Shown piece by piece: positions 39,001 to 49,700 of a DNA stretch of 64,000 bases. The DNA comes from Carpediemonas membranifera BICM. Its lineage: Eukaryota > Protista > Fornicata. The stretch's first letter is position 1; every line of letters begins with the position of its first letter. The position numbers and the translations under genes are program-made. The notes beneath the pieces were generated by a model. The model saw only the letters and a list, made by a program, of their open reading frames with translations, had not been told where the DNA came from and made no database searches. Location of the stretch: positions 124,001-188,000 of the forward strand of contig JAHDYR010000004.1 of assembly GCA_019828565.1 (NCBI GenBank). Direction: 5' to 3'.

Positions 39001-40180
39001 TCTGCCAGAAGCTCAAATCCCACCCCATCGCCAAGGCCCAGTGGCATACGACCCAGAAGACCCGCCCATTCGAGGCGGTGCAGATAGACACGCTCGGCCC
39101 GCTTCCAAAGACGAATGGCCTCGCTCACGTGATCGTGTTCACCGACGTCTTCAGCAAGTTCACTGTGCTCAAGCCGGTTGCGTCAACCTCGGCAGAAGAA
39201 GCCGCCGACGCGATGCTCCAGGTGTGGTCGCTCTTCGGCGCACCCAGCCTGATCCAGACAGACCAGGGAAGTCAGTTCAAGAACTCAACCATCGCCGCTC
39301 TCAACAAGAAGATCAGCCTGAACCACAGGTTCTCCACGGCGTACCACCCACAGAGTAACGGCGTTGTCGAGAGAGTCAATGGGACCATCATGCGCAGACT
39401 GCGCGCCCTGCTACTAGACTCAGAAACGACCGACTGGCCCGCACTTATCCCAATCGTGCAACACATTATCAACACTTCGACACACTCGACTACCGGCTTC
39501 ACGCCGTTCGAGCTGCTTTTTCGGACACACGTCCGCGCTCACGGCCCTCCCGGAGTCACGCATCATCAGCGCCGCCAAGGCGACGCAAGACACACCTACC
39601 ATCCAGGCCATTAACGCATTCCACACCGACATACAGGCCATGCACGACGCAGCCCGCGCGAAGATCGCCGCATACGAGCGTCACAAGGCCGCACAAACCC
39701 AACCGGCGGACAACTTCGACTGGAAACTCGAACGCCTAGTGCTCCTGAGATATCCTCACAAGGCCCCATCCAAGATTCTGCCTCCAGTCCGCGGCCCGCT
39801 ACAACTCCTCAGGGAAGGGAAGAGCCCCCAACACATTCGTCCTCCGTGACCTCGTCACCAAGTCCGAGCTGCTCGTCCACCAGGACCGCCTCATTCGCTT
39901 CGACCCAGGCACAGCAGACCTCAAGACACTCGAGCGCATCGCCGCATACGAACAAGACGAACAACAAGTCTCCGCCATCGTCGGCCACCGCGAGCGCAAC
40001 CGACGCCTCGAGCTCCTCGTCCACTGGGAAGGCCTAGAAGACTCCGAGGACTCGTACATTCCGTATAACGCATATTACGACCGCCTCGCCGCCCTGGATG
40101 ACTACCTACGCCTCAACCCAGGTCTCACGCCCCTCTTCGCACGTTACAAGCGGAAGTTCCGGGGCAATGGCCGCCGTTAG
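36052..40180 (+). CDS. Gag-Pol polyprotein (gag-like, protease remnant, RT, RNase H, integrase, chromodomain); several 1-bp frameshifts
   Basis: ATG in ACAATGG context inside the LTR; MLIGKDLL (37241); LDLRSGYW, PFGLKNAP, YVDD (38007); ETDAS, TDHKN, NVVADALSR; IDTLGP, TDQGSQF, SNGVVER; IVGHR...LVHWEGLEDSEDSY; TAG at 40178-40180. Confidence 0.9.
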
Positions 40181-40197
40181 CTGGCTAGCTTCGCCTT

Positions 40198-40208
40198 GAG
40201 GAGGGAAG
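40198..40208 (+). other. Polypurine tract
   Basis: GAGGAGGGAAG directly abuts the 3' LTR. Confidence 0.85.
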
Positions 40209-40265
40209 TGAGAGCCAGTGCAGTTTATGTAAACAGATCTACCTGCGCAAGCCAACAATGGCACA
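40209..40265 (+). repeat. 3' LTR (57 bp), copy 2
   Basis: Identical to 36003-36059; followed by AGGC. Confidence 0.95.
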
Positions 40266-40804
40266 AGGCTGAGGAGAGGCGCCGGAAAGAAGAGGAGGCT
40301 CGTCGTCTGCGGGAGATCGAGGAACAACTCAAGCGTGAGAAAGAGGAGAAGTCGCGCCGTGAGCTCGAGCGCCAGCAGCGGGAGGCCGAGGAGAGGCGCC
40401 GGAAGGAGGCGGCCATTCAGCAGAGACTGAGGCAGATCGGGCGGTGCCCCGTTGGATTCGAGTGGATCAAGGTCGGCGGCGGGTACCGGTGTGCTGGCGG
40501 CAGCCACTTCGCGAGCGACGCCGAAGTGTTTGTCTGAGTAGTAAAGATTCCAAGCAGGCGATCCCCAGACCGCACGCTCGGCATAGATCGGTAAAGTGAT
40601 TGATGGGCAGACACGCTCTCCCGGGGCCTGTCGCTGGTCTCGTTACTCGCCTCAATGTCGACCTCATCTCATGAGGTGGCATCATCGCGGATTCCATCGA
40701 CTGGGCCAAGTCGCATCCGAAGATGTCGAGAAAGACTGGCGAGGGTAATGGCCGAATGTCAGACCAGTGGTAGTTGGCTCAGCATTTACACCCGCCCCGA
40801 CCCA

Positions 40805-42483
40805 TCACCAGTCCTCCTCCGTCACAGGCCCGGGCCGGACCTCCGTCGCCCGCCTGAACGCGGCCGTCTCTCCCACATCGCCCTCATCGGGGCGGTGACC
40901 ATCTCAGGGCCGACGAGCCCGAGCTCCTCGTGCGTGTTGCGGCCCAGGCCGTACCAGCCGAAGGCTGTGGCCAGCCAGTAGCGGTCGTTCGAGTCTGCCC
41001 GGACGGCCGTGACGACCTCGGGGAAGTCCCACTCGACGTACTCGCTCTCGTTGTGGACGAAGATGCCGTAGGACCCGCTGCCGTCCGCCCGCACGAACAC
41101 CCACAGGAACTCGCTATCGAAGTCGTAGTGCAGGAAGGCGCGGCGCACCTGCCAGGGAAGCGTGACCGGGAACGGCGTGGCGCTCTCCTCCGAGTGGATG
41201 TTAAGGTAGGGGCGAAGCCACGCCCTGACCGAGCCAGCGTAGTGCAGCCCGCGGTCAGTCACGGCGAATGCCGTAAACTGCTCGTGGAACCAAATGCAGT
41301 CGACTGGGAAAGGAAGCCAGGCGAACGTGCGTACGGGTGCAGTGTGGCTGAGCCCGAGCTGGCCGAAGCCGTTGTACCCACAGACAAATGCCTGGGTCCC
41401 ACGGACCAGCGCGGTCTGGCCGAAGCTGCTATACAGGGCAGTGGGCATAAAGTCGACGGGCAGAGCGACAGGGGTGAAGTCCTGGATGAACCGATCGGGC
41501 AGCCCGACCCCGAGGGAGCCGTGAATGTTGCTGCCGCAGGCCACCACGCCCGCAGGGGTGACAATAAAAGCGTGTGTAGCGCTTCCCAGGAGGCTAACGG
41601 CGAGGTCGGCCTCGCGCCAGTGAGGCAGGGTCTGCTCGAACTTCGCGATGCGGGGTGCGGTCTCAAACGTCACGCGGGCAGGGGTGATTCGTGTGTGACC
41701 CACGTCCACAAGCCCGCTGTCGTCTACGGCGTCCCATTTGAACACACCGTGTGCCGTCTCAGCGACCATGCAGTGGAAGACGTGCAGGGCAATGACAGGG
41801 GGCAGGCGTACTCTGGTGAGCGGCTCGGGGTCCAGTGGCTGGGCTCGTTCGTTCTTGGCACAAACCTGCGCGAAGAGTCGGCCAGCGTAGTGGGTGTATT
41901 CAATCGAAGTCAAGCCGCTTTCAGATTCCTCGGTCACACGACCTGCAGTCTTACAGGCCTCATTCCATGTGAAGAAAAGCTTCTTGCAGAGGAACCAGAG
42001 CTCAGGGGCGTTGGGGGCCGAGGGCTGGGCCCATGCCCGCCCCGGCCTGCATTAGTGTAGACCAGATAGTACCCTGGAGGAGGGTGTATATGCGGTCGGG
42101 GAGCTGCTCGTTGGGCTTTAGGGGGATGTTCATGCTCAAAGGTGGATCATTTTGCAAAATTGACATGATTCGATGGATGATCAGTTGAGCGTTTTCGTTA
42201 TTGAAACGCAAGAGTGAGAGAGCATCGGTGAGATGTTCAATAGTCTCGATTTCTTTGGGAAAAAGGCTGTTCTACGCTGATTAGTTCGCCTAAACCAAAT
42301 GCACGATCCAACAGGCGAGGAATATCTCCCGGGATATGCGCAGTAATGCGCTGTGCTTCTTTCAGTATCGTATTCATCTGCCGCAATGTGGTATCGTGCG
42401 CAGGCGTAGTTTTTTGCATGAATGTTGATCAGGCTCGTGGCAGCAACTGTGCCCGAGTTCTGATCCAAAGAAAAGTGCTCATA
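40805..42483 (-). CDS. RCC1/BLIP-II-like repeat protein, copy 2 (core ORF 40822-41937; both ends uncertain because of indels)
   Basis: VVACGSNIHGSLG, FVCGYNGFGQLG and YGLGRNTHEELG are RCC1-type repeats; the frame continues upstream (APELWFLCKKLFF) toward ORF fragments at 42002-42483. Confidence 0.7.
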
Positions 42484-42672
42484 CTCTTGTATTATCTCTT
42501 GATAACTAGCAGGTCAGCGCTGACAGCGTGTCTCTGTCCCTTCCTTCTCTTCTACTTCTACTTTTTTGAAGTCGACCTACCTCGTTTCTGACTGAACAAG
42601 AATAGATTCACCCGCAAAATGAATGAATCATTCAAAAATCGCCCAATAAACCTCCAGTATACAAACACATCT

Positions 42673-43527
42673 TTACTCGGCGTTCCTGGCCTTAAGCTGG
42701 GCCGCCAGGGAGCTCTGGAGGGCGGCCATCCGCTGGGTCTGGCTGGCACCCGCCGCATCCCGGAGTTCACCCAGGACGTCCTTGGCCTTGCCGAAGTACA
42801 CGGACTGCAGGCTGTTCCGCATCTGGTTCTCCATTGTCTCGACCATCTTGCCCATGTTCACCACGTGGTCGTGCCAGCCAGAGCCTGCCTTGAGGTTGTT
42901 CTCCGCCTGCTGGGTGTAGCTGCCGGCGAGGGTCTTGAGGCCGGTGCCGCTGGCGTTCATGGAGAGAAGCACGGTGGTAGTCAGGCGGTAGGCGAACTTA
43001 TCGCCCTCGGGGACGACCTCGAAGACGTGGATGGAGTCCCACACACCCTGGTCCAGGCCGCGGTGGCCCTCGCCGACCTTGTGGATGAATACGCCCATGG
43101 CAAAGGCCCCGTCCTCGGTGGCGGGGTCCCAGGCGTAGACGGAGCACACGCCGCTCTCGTAGTACAGCTTCGTGAAGGTGGCGAAGATGTCGTTGGCCCT
43201 CAACCTCGAGCTGGCGGAGGTTGTCCGGGGAAGGACGGCGTCCTCGAGCGGAGGCTCGTACTCGTTGGAGAAGGGCGAACGGTAGCTGTCAGCGTCGCGG
43301 TTATAGTCGCAGAGAACGAAATCACGGCCGGTCTTAGCGCACTTCTTCACCTGGAGGGGCTGATCGATGGATGTAAGCCAATCGTCGGTAAGATCCGGGC
43401 AAAGGCTGCACAGATGGCCGACCAGCTCCGGGATTTTTGGTAGGAGCGAGACGGCGAACAAGGTCAAGACCTGCTTCGTACCTGTATAATCGCCATACTG
43501 CGAAACAAACTGCATATCTTCAGTCAT
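42673..43527 (-). CDS. CAPZB: F-actin capping protein beta subunit, copy 2 (29-nt intron 43482-43510)
   Basis: CapZ-beta motifs LCDYNRDADSYRSP, SVYAWD, WDSIHVFEV, YRLTTTVLL; splicing gives N-terminus MTEDMQYEAGLDLVRRL. Confidence 0.95.
   Translation of the reverse strand: MTEDMQFVSQYGDYTGTKQVLTLFAVSLLPKIPELVGHLCSLCPDLTDDWLTSIDQPLQVKKCAKTGRDFVLCDYNRDADSYRSPFSNEYEPPLEDAVLPRTTSASSRLRANDIFATFTKLYYESGVCSVYAWDPATEDGAFAMGVFIHKVGEGHRGLDQGVWDSIHVFEVVPEGDKFAYRLTTTVLLSMNASGTGLKTLAGSYTQQAENNLKAGSGWHDHVVNMGKMVETMENQMRNSLQSVYFGKAKDVLGELRDAAGASQTQRMAALQSSLAAQLKARNAE
43482..43510 (-). other. 29-nt spliceosomal intron in CAPZB
   Basis: GTTTGTTTCGCAGTATGGCGATTATACAG; removal restores the conserved LDL.RRL frame; same sequence at 14348-14376. 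Confidence 0.75.
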
Positions 43528-43793
43528 TGTTCTATGAGGGTCGTTTTTTTGCTATGATGATCATCTGATTTTTCATGAGACAACATAACAAACGTAAATC
43601 CGAGGAAAAAGCCAGAATAAGCGCAAATTGGTTTCTCTTGCTACATTTAAAAGTACTCGGAGCACCCGCTTCCACCCGCTCTCGTTGTGGACGAAGATGC
43701 CGTAGGACCCGCCGCCGTCCGCCCGCACGAGCACCCACAGGAACTCACGGTGGGCGAGATTGCGACTAAGATCATTTACAACGCTACCATATA

Positions 43794-45804
43794 TCACAAC
43801 CTTGCCCTCAGTAGTCGAAACCGGTCCTGGTTTTGGGCCGCCGCACCGTCTTCTTGGGCAGCCCAGGCGCTTCCCGTTTCACCCGCGTGGTGCCCGTCCC
43901 GGCGGTCGCAGTGGCCGGGCGACGGGTCGACACGCTCTTCCGGGGCCTGTCGCTGGTGACCGACGGGGCCCGCTGAGACCCTGACGCCGCTCTCCCTCAA
44001 GCTGCTCCCTTGACGAGGTCCCCTGATGAGCGTGGCGAGCTCGCTCATGTTGGGGGCCGTTACAGGGCCGGCGGAGGCCCTCGCCGGCGATGGCTCGGAC
44101 TCGGTCGACTCGTCCAGACTCAGTCTCCCGTAGTCAGAGTCGTATCTGACTCCAGACCTCTTGGATCGCCTCATCGTGGTCAGCTCCTGCTCAAGTGTGC
44201 TGCTCCTGGCTCTGGTGTCATCAAGCACGGCCCCTGAGCTGGATGACCTCCGTCTCCATGGTCTTAGTCGATGCCTTATGCTGCGCATATTCCACCTTGA
44301 GCGCCTCGAGCGCGGCAGAAGCGTCCTTGGCCCTGCTGGCACTCCGTTCCGCCGTCTCATTGGCCCGCTGGACGGTGTCTTCCATCTTCGCCTTCTCCCC
44401 GGCCATCTTATCAACCCGCTCAACCGCCTCCTGCAACTTCTTCTGCAGCTCCAGAACCAGGCTGCCCTGGTCATTCCTACTCCGCTGTAGCTCCGTCCGG
44501 TTCTTATCCGCCTCCGCCCTCGCTGCACTGAGGCTCTTCTCACACTCGTCGAGCTGAGCACGAAGCTGGTCGAGCACGACGGGGTTGGCTGGGTGGACCT
44601 CGGTCTGTCGCCTGAGCCGGTTGTACTCGAGCTCTATGGCCTGCTTGTCGGCCTCGAGTCGGGCTTGAGTCTCCCTCAGTTCAGTGATCGTGTGCTGGGC
44701 CATCGAAATAGATTCATCCCTCGCATCTGAGATACGGCGGGGGATCTCGTCGATCACCGCCTGCATCTCATCGATAGTCTCGCGTGCTTCGAAGTACTTC
44801 TTCTCGATCCGCTGCCGCTCGCTCTGCTCAGCCTCTAGCCGAGCCGATCCTGATGTTTGAGTCGCCCTGACGTCGTCCATCTCAATCCTGGCGTCCCTGA
44901 GCGCTGTGGAGAGCTCCTCTATTCTTGCCGAGTACTTGTTCTTGACTTCGTCAATGGCGTGTTCGCTGCTCAGCTCGGCCTTAGAGAACTGAGCTTCCAT
45001 CTGTCTCACGCGTGTGGCCGCGTCGACCAGGCTCTGGTTCAGCTCCTGGACACGCGCCTCGAGCCCGGGAACCTTGGCTGCCTCGACTTCCAAGCCCTTC
45101 TTCTCCACGACGACACGCTTGAGTTCGGCCCTGTATGACTCCTCCGTCTCGGTCAGGCGGCCGTTGGCGTTTTCAAGCCGAGTCTGGGCGTCTGCGCTGC
45201 TGTGTTGGAGGGCCGTGCGGAGCTCGTCGATCTCCTTGGTGTGCTCCGTCTCGACCGTCCGAGCGCGCTTCTGGAGCATCTCAATAGTGGTAGTAGCGGC
45301 GTGAAGCTCTACCTTCGCTGCATGACAGGCGTTGTGGGCTGCTTCGAGCTCGCCCCTTGAGCTTTCCGATACGGGTGGCGGCGTCCTTTTGGGAGACTTC
45401 AAGCGCGCTTTCGAGTGTGGTGATTCGGCGCTGCGTCTCGCGCTGAAGCTCATCACGGGCCTTCGCTAGCCCATCAACTTGCTGCTGCAACTCGTTCACC
45501 TTTTGAACTCTCGCTGGCCAGCCTGCTCTGAGCAGCGGAAGCCTCGGCGCGGAATTGGGTCGACGACGCCTCTAGGGTTTCCAGATTCTTCTCATTCTCC
45601 TCCCGCTCGCGAGCAAGCTTAGCCTGAACGTCTGCAAGCTCCTTTTTCCTTCTTGGCGAGGCGGTGCTCGAGGGACTCCTGGATCTCGACGTAGAACGTC
45701 TGCTGCTGCTGGAGACGTGCCTGTGTCTTCACCAGCTCTTCGCTGAGATACTTGGCCGTGATCGTTCTCTCAATTTTCTCCTCCGAAGAGAGATCCTGGT
45801 CCAT
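43794..45804 (-). CDS. Long coiled-coil hypothetical protein (~670 aa), copy 2 (frameshifted)
   Basis: Chain of heptad-rich ORF fragments 45619-45804, 45281-45499, 44221-45456, 43794-44561. Confidence 0.7.
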
Positions 45805-45970
45805 GGTGGATGAAGCCTCGTTGTCTAAAATGAAGTGATCACTAAATCTCGAGGGTCTGAACCCACGTGGCGCAGGTGAGGTGTCTGCGATGGCGTCGCA
45901 TGCAGTGTCTCAACTCAGGTCGGAATTCTTGGATCTGTCTGATCAAATTTTTCCCAAATCTCACTGCTGA

Positions 45971-46411
45971 ATGGTCAAAGCGGCAAAGAAAGAGGCTAAG
46001 GTGCTCCAAACTCCTGTTCTACGAAGCAAAGCTTCGCCGATAAGGAAGAATCCTGGCAGCAAGGGCCCGACAAAGCTTACTCGAAAGAAGATCGCAATAC
46101 AGCTCCTCAGAGAAGAGAATGAAGGCCATACGGACAAAGCAATCATTGAACACAAGAAAACATTGGTCGATACGTTCACTCCTAAGGTCAGAAAGTCGAA
46201 AGTAGGCGCTAACAATCTCGTTCTTCAGAGCGCCACGCCTCTAATTGCCCTTGAGCGAAACGACGAGCCGCCTTCTCCAGTGATGACGCGCACCCCAACA
46301 CTCTCTGCGCTTGTGGGAAAGGCCAACATGCCCGATATTCAGAAGAACGCGTCCCATATTGATGCCATGCGCAAGGCCATCAAGCGAGCGGGCAAGACCG
46401 CCAGCCGGTGA
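45971..46411 (+). CDS. Hypothetical basic protein (146 aa), copy 2
   Basis: Identical to 16840-17280. Confidence 0.55.
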   Translation: MVKAAKKEAKVLQTPVLRSKASPIRKNPGSKGPTKLTRKKIAIQLLREENEGHTDKAIIEHKKTLVDTFTPKVRKSKVGANNLVLQSATPLIALERNDEPPSPVMTRTPTLSALVGKANMPDIQKNASHIDAMRKAIKRAGKTASR

Positions 46412-46708
46412 GACCCAGGAGCAGGTTATACTGCCCTCGACAGCGTCTATCTTACCATAAACTACACTCCCTGACAGCCGTGTCCGATGCGTGCCTCCCG
46501 CACTCGCGAACATGTGGTATTGACCTGCCGCCGCAAAGGGGGCCATGCAGCATCATGTATCTACCACTCGTCATTTTCTGCCAGACTCGTGATCTTATCC
46601 TTGCGTGAGGTGGGTGCTTGGCCTCGTGCGATCTGGCCGAGGAAGGAGGCTCATCATTTGATTGGCGGCATCACCCCGCAGTGGGCGGCGAGTCACGCCA
46701 TCTCGACG

Positions 46709-49700
46709 ATGGCTGCCACCAGAGACACCTGGACAAACACGAACTTTTGGGACGTCACGATGTCGGACTGCTCAAAGTCGCAAACACCATCCAAATTCAG
46801 CGAGATGAATCAGCGACGATGCAGAAAGTTCGTTCCACGCCTCCCACTTACGCAGCTGGTACGTTCCCAATCCCGTTGGTGCAGAGATGCAGCCCGCGGC
46901 GAGTTCAAGAGCGCTTACGCAGTAGATCTGAGCAATGGTGCGTCCTCCCCGAGAATCTCACGCAGCAGCGAGTGCAGAGCAGTAGAGGACATGATCAGCG
47001 ACGCCACGACGCGCATCTTCGCCCCAGATAGCAAGCTCCACCTCAATCCCATCGGATCCTCGCCCCTCACCGCTACAGACCTCACCCGCGTCCTCGACCA
47101 CCTCTCGACGCGGCCCAGAGAGTTCAGCATGAGGCTGACTGAGCCCGACCTCACTGTCACGATGAGGTATGGCAAGCTGGCCGCCGACAAGCCCGACAGC
47201 GCCGTCGACGACCTGCTCGCTGCCTGGAATGCGAGGATGGCTGAGTGCATCCAGACGATGAAGGGTCACACCAACTGGGTGATCAGCGTCGCCTTCCTCC
47301 CCGACGGCGCCATGGTCACTGGGTCATGGGATGGGACGACCAAGCTGTGGGACAAGCGCGGCGTGTGCAAGACGACGATGAAGCATAGCGGGGCTGTTCG
47401 GTGCATCGCCGTCTCCCCGGACGGGTCAACCATCGCATCGGGCGGGACTGACCGCAAGATCAAGCTGTGGAGGCGCGGCAGACTCGTCAAGACGCTCGAG
47501 GGGCACACCAGGGATGTGAGAAGCGTCGGTTTCTCCTCAGACGGCAAGACGCTGGTGTCCGGATCATATGACAACACAGTCAGGACGTGGGACGTCGCCA
47601 CCGGCGTGTGCAGGACGATGGAAGGGCACTCAGATTTGGTGCTCTCCGTCGCCATCTCCCCTGACGGCAAGACCATCGTCTCTGGATCAAAGGACAAGAC
47701 AATCAAGGTGTGGGTCGCTGAGTCGGGCAGACTCGAGCAGACTCTGGAGGGCCACACGAATTCTGTCGCCGCCGTCGCCATCTCCCCGAACGGCGCTCTG
47801 CTGGCCTCTGGGTCTGGCGACCACACCATCAGACTCTGGGACACCAGGACCTGGGAGTGCGTCGCCGTCCTCAGGGGGCACGCGAGCTTTGTCCGCAGCG
47901 TCGCCTTCTCGCCCGACGGCAGGACCCTCGCCTCTGGGTCTTGGGACAACACCATCAAGCTCTGGAGCATCGCTAGCGGCGAGTGCTTCGAGACGCTCAG
48001 GGGCCATGACGATTGGGTCCGCTGCGTCGCCTTCTCCCCGGACGGGTCGACCCTGCTCTCTGGATCTGACGACAAAACCGCCAAGTAGTGGTCCCTTGGT
48101 CGCTCTCCCGAGCTCACCGCCCTCGACCAGACCCTCGCCGAGCCTGTCCCGGCCGCGGCCATCGTCCGCCTCGAGGGCACCGTCGCCGACCTCACCCGCG
48201 TCCTCGACCACCTCTCGGCGCGGCCCCGAGAGTTCAGCATGAGGCTGACTGAGCCCGACCTCACTGTCACGATGAGGTATGGCAAGCTGGCCGCCGACAA
48301 GCCCGACAGCGCCGTCGACGATCTGCTCGCTGCCTGGCATGCGAGGATGGCTGAGTGCATCCAGACGATGAAGGGTCACACCGATGACGTGCTCAGAGTC
48401 GCCTTCCTCCCCGACGGCGCCATGGTCACTGGGTCATGGGATGGGACGACCAAGCTGTGGGGCAAGCGCGGCGTGTGCACGACGACGATGGAGCATGGCG
48501 GGGAAGTTTTTGTGCATCGCCGTCTCCCCGGACGGGTCGACCATCGCCTCGGGCGGTGATGACCGCAAGATCAAGCTGTGGGACCAGACCGGCAGACTCG
48601 TCAAGACGCTCGAGGGGCACACCGATGTTGTGAACAGCCTCGCCTTCTCCCGAGACGGCAAGACGCTGGTGTCCGGATCCGATGACAAGACAGTCAGGAC
48701 GTGGGACGTCGCCACCGGCGCGTGCAGGACGATGGAAGGGCACTCAGATTGGGTGCTCTCCGTCGCCATCTCCCCTGACGGCAAGACCATCGTCTCTGGA
48801 TCGTCTGATGACACGATCAAGGTGTGGGACGCTGAGTCGGGCAGACTCGAGCAGACTCTGGAGGGCCACACGAGTTATCTCACCACCGTCGCCATCTCCC
48901 CGGACGGCAAGACCCTCGCCTCTGGGTCTTGGGACAACACCACCAAGCTCTGGAGCATCGACAGCGGCGAGTGCTTCGAGACGCTCAGGGGTCATGCCGA
49001 TAAGGTGTGGAGCGTCGCATTCTCCCCAGACGGGTCGACCCTGCTCTCTGGATCTTCCGACAAGACCGTCAAGCAGTGGCATATCAAGCACTCGCCAGAG
49101 ATCGAGGAGGTCTGCGCCCGACCCACACTCGGCGCCGACATCCGCCTGCCGTCCGACGACTCGCCCCTCTACCTCGCCGACCTGGCGCGGGTCGTCATCC
49201 ACATCCTCGCCACGGGCCTGCCCCGCTCTTTTGAGATGAGGCTGGCCCACCCCGAATGCACCGTCTCTCTTGGTCCTACCGGATTCACGTCGAGCCAAGC
49301 CGCCGATGTTGAAGCCCTTCTCGAGCTACTCAACCGCCACCTCGTGATGCAGAAACTGTTGACTGAAACACGTGCTCTCGACGCCGTTGACGAAGCGCTG
49401 TACGTGGCCGCGGCTCTGAGCGACGCCAAGCGCCTGCTGGCCGCCGCCGGCCCGCACGCGGAGCAGCACGAGGCGCGAGTGCTCGCGCTGAGGACCGACC
49501 TCGCCCGCCTCCAGCCCGTGCAGGCGCTCGCCAAGGACCCGATGCCCGCGCTCAGGGGCCGCGTCAAGGAGGCGCTGGAGAGGAGCGACGAGCTCCACGC
49601 GCACATCATCAGCGGCGACGTCGCCAAGATGCGCTCGAAGACGCTGCTCCGGAGTGTCAAGTTCGGCCCCGTCGTCCTCAACTGCCTCGACCGCGAGGGT

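Larger units (their letters stand above)
36003..40265 (+). mobile_element. Ty3/gypsy LTR retrotransposon (4,263 bp) with integrase chromodomain and 57-bp LTRs, copy 2
   Basis: Identical LTRs 36003-36059 and 40209-40265; AGGC TSD (35999-36002, 40266-40269); PPT 40198-40208; order gag-PR-RT-RH-IN-chromodomain is gypsy-type. Confidence 0.95.
25900..40537 (+). pseudogene. WD40-array (5 cassettes) / triple CbxX-SpoVK-like AAA+ ATPase gene, copy 2; interrupted by retrotransposon 36003-40265
   Basis: Cassette starts (MAECI) at 27058, 28169, 29270, 30380, 31487; Walker A at 33455, 34253, 35027; Walker B VFIDEAY, LLIDECY, FFVDEAY; removing the element and one AGGC restores [14 protein letters not shown]...[22 protein letters not shown]; in-frame TAG 31227-31229 and 10-bp deletion near 28665. 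Confidence 0.85.

Noticed and set aside
35920-40372. ~70-bp repeat ([16 protein letters not shown]) on both sides of the element as a longer LTR or TSD
   Set aside because: It lies outside the TG...CA/AGGC boundaries and is an internal repeat of the host coiled coil.
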